A stretch of DNA of 62,346 bases, the filler included, from Stramenopiles sp. TOSAG23-3 (taxonomy: Eukaryota), in assembly GCA_900128585.1 (NCBI GenBank). It is 6 parts of 6 records of this genome, joined end to end, with 100 filler letters (N's around TTAATTAATTAA, not from the genome) between each part and the next. Parts side by side here need not be neighbours in the genome. Positions count along the whole stretch, not along the records: positions 55,896 to 57,980 come from LT645098.1; positions 58,081 to 60,163 come from LT645099.1; positions 60,264 to 62,346 come from LT645100.1; 3 more parts are not named here. One strand, 5' to 3'. Positions 56,877 through 62,346 of the stretch are shown here, piece after piece; the first letter of the stretch is position 1, and every line of letters begins with the position of its first letter. A model generated the notes under the pieces. The model had not been told where the DNA came from, did not search any database, and saw nothing but the letters and a program-made list of their open reading frames with translations. Both the position numbers and the translations under genes were made by a program.

Positions 56877-57412
56877 GTCTTTCCTATCCCCCTAAACACA
56901 CACACACACATGCACCCTACTCCTCACACACGCGTTCTTGCTTATGACGAAAAAAAAATCCAATTGACGTAGATTTTAGTTATGATTCATCAGTGACGAA
57001 AAATTAACTACGGTTTCTGAAGCGTTCGAACGTGGTGTAAATTTTCCGTGAAAACACAATTTTGGTGGCGACACAACTAACTTTTAATCTCTTTTCAATA
57101 ATTTTCTTTGCCCCAAATAGAACAATTGTGGCCGACGAAAGCGATCGTGCGTAGCTGTGTTTCTGGGCCTTCATATTGCCTACTGAAGTGCATGCTTGTA
57201 AATAATACAAATAATAAAACGTATGACTGGGAACAGGGTCGAATGATACAATATCGTAGGAACGACAAAGGAGGTACCGACCGACTTTAAGTGATATGAA
57301 TTTTAGCAGTCGCAAAATTAGATCAGTTCTATTATTATCATTAGTTTTTTTTTTATAAAAAACTTTAACATAAGTAAGTAAATTATTATTATATAATTTG
57401 TTTTTTTCATAT

Positions 57413-57522
57413 TGAAGGAACGTAAACCTTTAATGGACAAAAAAGGAGCAGATTCACTATCGCGGTATATGAAAAGAATATGATACAAATTTTAATTAAA
57501 TAACAGCCAAATTTTCTGTTTT
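57413..57522. repeat. Composite repeat, second copy (~65-bp unit plus degenerate 42-bp element, plus orientation)
   Basis: TGAAGGAACGTAAACCTTTAATGGACAAAA is identical to 44595-44624, followed by GCAGATTCA...CGyGGTAyATGA and AAATAACAGCCAAATTTTCTGTTTT. Confidence 0.9.
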
Positions 57523-57899
57523 CAATAACAAAATAAGTATTATGGTTGTATGATGTCTCCGAGCGGAACATTGCGCAAATGTGCCTGAATTGACTTATTG
57601 CAGGCACTTTTAAATACATGTGTACTTCTTTCGACACCTATTCATTTTAATAAAGGCCTGAGTTGTGACGGCGTGCGATCGTGCCCTTAGAAACTTATTT
57701 CTGCGCAAGAGCATACGTGCAAAAGACTGCATCGTACATACTCCAGTCATGGGAGTAGCGCTTTTGTTCCATGTATGTTCGGGCAAGGGTCTGAATTAGT
57801 GTGGCATAGTGTGGGTATTATACTCTTACCTCGCACCCCGCCCTTCGAACAATTTCAACCGTCATCTCCCTCTAATGCAACACCATTGTGTCTGCGGCC

Positions 57900-57980
57900 T
57901 CAAATTATTTCTAACGGCTTGTCTTTGCAAAAGGGGTGTTTGGACTTATGAGCTTCGTACAACTGTTCAATCCTGGTGAG
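57900..57980 (-). CDS. C-terminal 26 codons of a probable DGAT2/MOGAT-type acyltransferase, rest lost in the gap
   Basis: Minus frame from the gap reads LTRIEQLYEAHKSKHPFCKDKPLEII*, resembling the DGAT2-family terminus (L..LF..HK.K.G......L.I). Short and not in the ORF track. Confidence 0.4.
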   Translation of the reverse strand, partial: LTRIEQLYEAHKSKHPFCKDKPLEII

Positions 57981-58080
57981 NNNNNNNNNNNNNNNNNNNN
58001 NNNNNNNNNNNNNNNNNNNNNNNNTTAATTAATTAANNNNNNNNNNNNNNNNNNNNNNNNNNNNNNNNNNNNNNNNNNNN
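57981..58080. other. Artificial contig spacer
   Basis: 44 N + TTAATTAATTAA + 44 N. Confidence 0.97.
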
Positions 58081-58503
58081 CGGAACGACTTTATCAGAGC
58101 ATTTGTGACACTAAGCGCTATGAGCGGGCTCTTGAAATTTTTCTTTGCAACCCAAACGCGAAAAACGTACACCAGCTGGAGTGCATTCCTCCTGTCGCTG
58201 TCCTATGAAATTGTGTTCTATGGTTCTTATGCATTTGAGCAGCGATTCATGTTTGCGGGAAGTGAGCAAAAAGGAAACGCTTCGTACACTCAGTATGCGT
58301 ACTTTCTGCTCGATGTACTGTTCGGGGAACGTGGGTTCTATGCAATGTGTCGGGTTGGTTTTTCGCCGTTGGTTTTTCTCCTGGTCTTGACGCTGACTGA
58401 CCCTAATGAAGAAGCAAGATTTCAGCAAAACAAGCTAGGGAAGGAAATACAGAAGCGTGAGTACAAACGTTGGTACAAGGAAGAAAAAGTAAAGGCCCAG
58501 TGA
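58081..58503 (+). CDS. Membrane protein, C-terminal fragment, function unknown
   Basis: Frame is open from the gap; several hydrophobic segments and a basic tail; coding-like GC. Confidence 0.65.
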   Translation, partial: RNDFIRAFVTLSAMSGLLKFFFATQTRKTYTSWSAFLLSLSYEIVFYGSYAFEQRFMFAGSEQKGNASYTQYAYFLLDVLFGERGFYAMCRVGFSPLVFLLVLTLTDPNEEARFQQNKLGKEIQKREYKRWYKEEKVKAQ

Positions 58504-58535
58504 ATGCCAGAGTGTGATTTTACTAATGAGTTTTA

Positions 58536-58640
58536 TTAAAAAACAAAAATTATGGCTGTTATTTTGAGTAACATATCTTATGATATCATTATGAGTAATT
58601 AAAAACAAGAAAATTGGCTGTTATTTAAGTAATTAAATTT
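58536..58640 (-). repeat. Two copies of the dispersed element (one degenerate, one exact)
   Basis: 58599-58640 is the exact reverse complement of 18275-18316; 58536-58571 is degenerate. Confidence 0.93.
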
Positions 58641-58798
58641 CATACCCTAATGAGTAATTAAAATGTAATAAAAAGAAAAAAGAAGTGTGTCAGTTCATGA
58701 ACAATATCTCTGAGTGTTTTTATTTTTAAAAAATTTTACATTTGTTTTAATTTAATTCAGTTTACTGTGGCATTTGACACTCGCCCAACTCTCTGCAT

Positions 58799-60163
58799 TT
58801 AATCTTCGTCGTCGTCGCTACTATCCTCTTCCTCTTCGTTCTCTTTCAACCATTTCAAGTACTTGGTTACTTGAATGAGAACCTTCATTTTCCCATCGTA
58901 TGCGGTGGTATCGTCCGACCATGCGATAAATGCTTCACCCGGAAGGATATCTTTATCATATAACGAGTGGAAGAGACCTTCACTTACATATTTGAACTTC
59001 TTTTCTGGGTCCAACGGAAACTCTGCCGTTTTCAGAACGCTAATAAGACGGCGAAAGCAATTCAATTGGGTCTCCGCCGATGCCTCATAAATCAATTCTT
59101 CCAGGATAACGCCGTACTCTTCCTCCTTCGCCCAGTCACAAGCAGTATTGAGCGGCAGGTGGGCATTCAGCACTACGAAGAGAAGGCTAGCTGGGTCGAT
59201 CGTCCCTGCTGCTTCGTACGATGTCTTGTACAGTTTTAGCAGCTCCATGCCCTTTTTTCCCGTCGCCAAGAACGCCGTTGAGGCCTCGTCCAGGGTGTTT
59301 TCGCTCACGGCCTCTTTGGTGACTTCTTTTTTCTCCAGTCCAAACACAGACATGAAAGTTTTTCCATCTGCGGCACCGTCCGCCTCGTTCCAGCACTTGC
59401 TTTCCATGAACTTCTTCGCCATGTCACTAATGATCTTCTTGGCGGCAGGGCAATCGTTTTCTAGGTCGGAGAGACGGCCCACGCACAGCTCTAAACCGTC
59501 AGCAAAGTTCTTCGACGAGACGACCGCAGGAATCTGCACTCGGAGCTCCACTAGAATCTCCGCTACTCGGTCCTGCGACACGCCGTCAAAGTCCAACGAC
59601 AACGATATGGCCCACATGACCAAGTCTGGGCGATACTGTTCCGGGAACCCACAATTGCGAAGTTCTACGGCTTTCTCTTCCCTCATTTCTTTGCTTGGGT
59701 TCTTCAAGTACTCTTTCAAATGGTCGATTAGCTTCTTCTTTGCGAGTGGTCGAGGCATATCCTTTTTAACCGGGGCAGAACTAACGGATGCACGGCCCGC
59801 TCCGGCCCTGCCCCCCCTGCTGGCCAGACGCTTGCTCCCTGCTTCCTGCACCCGCGCGGCCAAAACGTCGCAAATGGGCTGGTCGCTCGTCCCGACCCAT
59901 CTCCCGGCGGTCCCCACGCATGTCGTCGTTGTACGAATCCCGGCCTCGTCGGCGATCGTCACTGCGATCGTCTCCAAACCTTCCTCGCGGGCCATCGAAG
60001 TCCCTCCTATCACGATCTGTTCCAAACCGGCTACGCCTATCGTCAAAGCCGCCTCTCCCGCGGTCGTCGAAGCCGCCTCTCCCGCGGTCGTCGAAGCGAC
60101 TTCCACGTCGGTTGTCAAAATCCCTGTCGTCTGTAAACCGGCTGTCTCGACGACGATCGTCAA
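58799..60163 (-). CDS. eIF4G-like protein C-terminus (Asp/Arg/Gly-rich linker, MA3/MI domain, W2 domain), 5'-truncated, apparent frameshift at 59811-59817
   Basis: MA3-like LKEYL...FADGLELCVGRLSDLENDCPAAKKIIS; W2-like LFHSLYDKDILPGEAFIAW...YLKWLKENEEEEDSSDDDED. The upstream DRGRGGF repeats lie in a different frame. Confidence 0.82.
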   Translation of the reverse strand: MTIVVETAGLQTTGILTTDVEVASTTAGEAASTTAGEAALTIGVAGLEQIVIGGTSMAREEGLETIAVTIADEAGIRTTTTCVGTAGRWVGTSDQPICDVLAARVQEAGSKRLASRGGRAGAGRASVSSAPVKKDMPRPLAKKKLIDHLKEYLKNPSKEMREEKAVELRNCGFPEQYRPDLVMWAISLSLDFDGVSQDRVAEILVELRVQIPAVVSSKNFADGLELCVGRLSDLENDCPAAKKIISDMAKKFMESKCWNEADGAADGKTFMSVFGLEKKEVTKEAVSENTLDEASTAFLATGKKGMELLKLYKTSYEAAGTIDPASLLFVVLNAHLPLNTACDWAKEEEYGVILEELIYEASAETQLNCFRRLISVLKTAEFPLDPEKKFKYVSEGLFHSLYDKDILPGEAFIAWSDDTTAYDGKMKVLIQVTKYLKWLKENEEEEDSSDDDED

Positions 60164-60263
60164 NNNNNNNNNNNNNNNNNNNNNNNNNNNNNNNNNNNNN
60201 NNNNNNNTTAATTAATTAANNNNNNNNNNNNNNNNNNNNNNNNNNNNNNNNNNNNNNNNNNNN
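60164..60263. other. Artificial contig spacer
   Basis: 44 N + TTAATTAATTAA + 44 N. Confidence 0.97.
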
Positions 60264-60467
60264 CTATAGAGTACGTCGGTTCTACGCTAAGTTCTAACGG
60301 CACTGGTTGAATTCAAGTGCCGAACCACATTACAGTCTTCTTTACAAAGTATAATATAGAAAACGACTACACAATTACGTCTTGCATATATTATTTTACT
60401 ACTCCCTGGTTGGCACTGTTATTAATACCACCGTCGTCACTCTTCTTTTTCAATAAAAAACTGCTGC

Positions 60468-60810
60468 TGAAGGAAGAAGAAAGAAGAAGAAGAAAAGAAA
60501 GAAGAAGAAGAAAGAAGAAGAAAGAAGAAGAAATGTTGTATTCGAAGTAGTTCAGAGTACAAAAATTAGTCGGTCTGTACTGCGGTGCTGTTGCACTCCC
60601 CCCTCGCCCCTCTTCTTCTTCCTTTTCTTCTTCTTCTTCTTCTTTTTCTTCTTCTTCTTCTTCTTCTTTCTTCTTCTTCTTCTTCTTCCTTTTCTTCTTC
60701 TTCTCCTTCTTCTTCTTCTTCTTCTTCTTCTTTTTTTTTTTTCTTCTTTTTTTTCTTTCTTTCTTCTTTCTTCTTCTTTTTTCTTCTTTTTTCTTCGTTC
60801 TTCTTCTTCG
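60468..60810. repeat. GAA-rich tract followed by a TTC-rich tract (inverted low-complexity pair)
   Basis: Purine tract about 60468-60532, pyrimidine tract about 60596-60809. Confidence 0.85.
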
Positions 60811-60914
60811 CGACGAAGGAAGAACAACAAAATTATTACTTAATTAATTAATGTCAATCCTTTCTTCATAATAAATAATCAGCATTTTGATGGTTTCTTC
60901 TCTTGTTTTAAGAA

Positions 60915-61520
60915 ATGCGATTAGCTATAATCAACGAAATTTCTCTCGAAATGATCCGGTGGATAAGGATTAGCAATATTTTTTCTTCTGTTTTTATTAC
61001 CGCGTCCCTTTTACTTTTCTCTGCCCGCGCTATGTCAACCTTTCACCAACTGAAGGGCACCGATATTGATGGAAACGAGTTATCGTTTTCAAAGTTCAAA
61101 AACAAAGTAGTCTACATTACAAACGTGGCAAGTGCGTGAGGCAAAACCCGGCGTCATTATACTCAATTGCAAGAGCTTCATGAAGAGTACAGTGACAAAG
61201 GGTTTGAAGTTATCGGATTCCCTTGCAACCAGTTCGGATCGCAAGAGCCAAAGTCGAATCCGGAAATTAAAAAATTTACAAAGGAAACGTACAAAGTCGA
61301 TTTTCAGCTGATGTCAAAGTCCAACGTGAATGGCGGGGATACCAACCAGGTGTACCAGTGGTTAAAAAGCAAAACCGGGGACAGTTCTGACATTGGTTGG
61401 AACTTTGGGAGAATCTACCTGGTTGATAGATCGGGCACACAAGTTCATCAATTTGAGGGCAAGAACCCCCAGGATTTATTGAGCAACATCGAAGATCTGC
61501 TGGATGCAACAGAACTGTAG
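60915..61520 (+). CDS. GPX: Selenocysteine-containing glutathione peroxidase (UGA 61137-61139 = Sec)
   Basis: The two track ORFs (60915-61139 and 61167-61520) are in the same frame and join as KVVYITNVASA-U-GKTRRHYTQLQEL; GFPCNQFGSQEP and IGWNF motifs; N-terminal signal-like segment (alternative ATG at 60951); ends DATEL. Confidence 0.96.
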
Positions 61521-61597
61521 AACGCTCTCTCCCTCTCTTCTGGCTCTGTAGGGGGGGGGGTATGGCAGTAAAAAACACGGCTTGGTGGTGGTTTATT

Positions 61598-61663
61598 AAC
61601 GACTCAATGACATAGACTTTCTGAAATGTTTTTATCCAGGAAAGTTTGTTGAGAATATTCGTG
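61598..61663 (+). promoter_or_regulatory. Eukaryotic SECIS element (type II-like) in the GPx 3' UTR
   Basis: AUGA at 61607-61610; 11-bp helix 61612-61622 pairs with 61639-61649; unpaired AA at 61624-61625; mini-stem AUG/UAU; UGAG at 61650-61653 supplies the G.A/A.G quartet; lower stem ACGA/UCGU. Confidence 0.9.
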
Positions 61664-62346
61664 GACTTTCAAACAGTCCACTCTTTCGTCGCAAAAAGCT
61701 CCACCAACAACGACAATTGAAAACAACAATGAAATGACCTCTTAAGAATTCGAATTGAAAAACAGCAGAAATTTTTTTATTTACACAATGAAACTCGGAT
61801 ACAAGATAACGTTTATTTTCTGTGTCGTAAAGTTAGTATTAATATTTAATAATTCGTATTCTTAAAAATAAATTTTATTTTAAAAATATAATATCTTATT
61901 AAAATATAAGTTATAGTCGTCGTCGTCGCCTTTTTTTTTTTTTGTCCAAAATATAAAAGAGGTTGTTTATTTACGTTTTCTTCCCCATTCTATTCATCTC
62001 TATACGTACGACGAGTATTAATAAGTACTGTAATAATATTTAAATCTCTTCTTGAAGAAAAGGGGGGCTGGCGCGGGGGTATAATAGTAATAATTCATAT
62101 GAAATACAGGTAATAATATAGCATTGCCCTCTTCTTACTTCTCTAAAAAAACTATTATTATTTTTATTATTTCCAATTTTTTTATTGTATAAAATATACA
62201 TACAAATACAAGGAGATGAGGATATTTGTACTCCCCTCTTTCTTCTTCTAAAAAAATAAAATATTATTATTCCAAGTGATTCATGTCGCATTTTAAAATT
62301 ATTTTGGAAACCAACCCTTTTATTCATTTTGTATTCTAATGTGTTT

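Noticed and set aside
59148-60215. 355-aa plus-strand ORF and other long antisense ORFs (e.g. 3982-4674, 50135-50830, 24694-25266)
   Set aside because: Shadow frames of well-supported genes on the opposite strand, with no recognisable motifs.
26765-60263. Recurrent TTAATTAATTAA palindrome as a biological element
   Set aside because: Always centred in an identical 100-bp N spacer, so it is a six-frame-stop linker. Gene neighbourhoods across these gaps were not interpreted.
60278-60326. tRNA-like hairpin CGGCACT-GGTTGAATTCA-AGTGCCG at a contig start
   Set aside because: No cloverleaf, D-arm or canonical TTCRA T-loop could be built; only a 7-bp stem.
60840-60851. TTAATTAATTAA without flanking Ns
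   Set aside because: Plausible by chance in extremely AT-rich DNA; no sign of a junction.

Overview
Eukaryotic nuclear DNA, not prokaryotic. It carries long intron-free genes (exportin-7, AP-1 gamma adaptin, myosin, SHAQKYF-MYB, eIF4G-like MA3/W2, NIPA, TMEM42, MALSU1/RsfS, FKBP, A1 aspartic protease) separated by very AT-rich, low-complexity spacers. The gene set suggests a free-living protist, probably a stramenopile (inference only). The window is six contigs joined by artificial 100-bp spacers (44 N + TTAATTAATTAA + 44 N), so adjacency across gaps may not be real. Signals missed by the ORF track: (1) a selenocysteine glutathione peroxidase with an in-frame UGA, a well-formed SECIS, a signal peptide and a KDEL-like end; (2) two genes split between reading frames (LicD/fukutin-like and eIF4G-like); (3) recurrent intergenic motifs: a 42-bp dispersed repeat (about 13 copies, all downstream of gene 3' ends), a linked ~65-bp repeat, a near-palindromic TAGWCGWCTA motif (11 exact 9-mer copies seen) and GTAC-rich clusters; (4) a >1,500-aa fibre-like beta-repeat protein; (5) a coiled-coil protein ending in a KEN box and CaaX motif. 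No CRISPR, rRNA, tRNA or transposase was found. All family assignments come from motif recognition by eye, not database searches.
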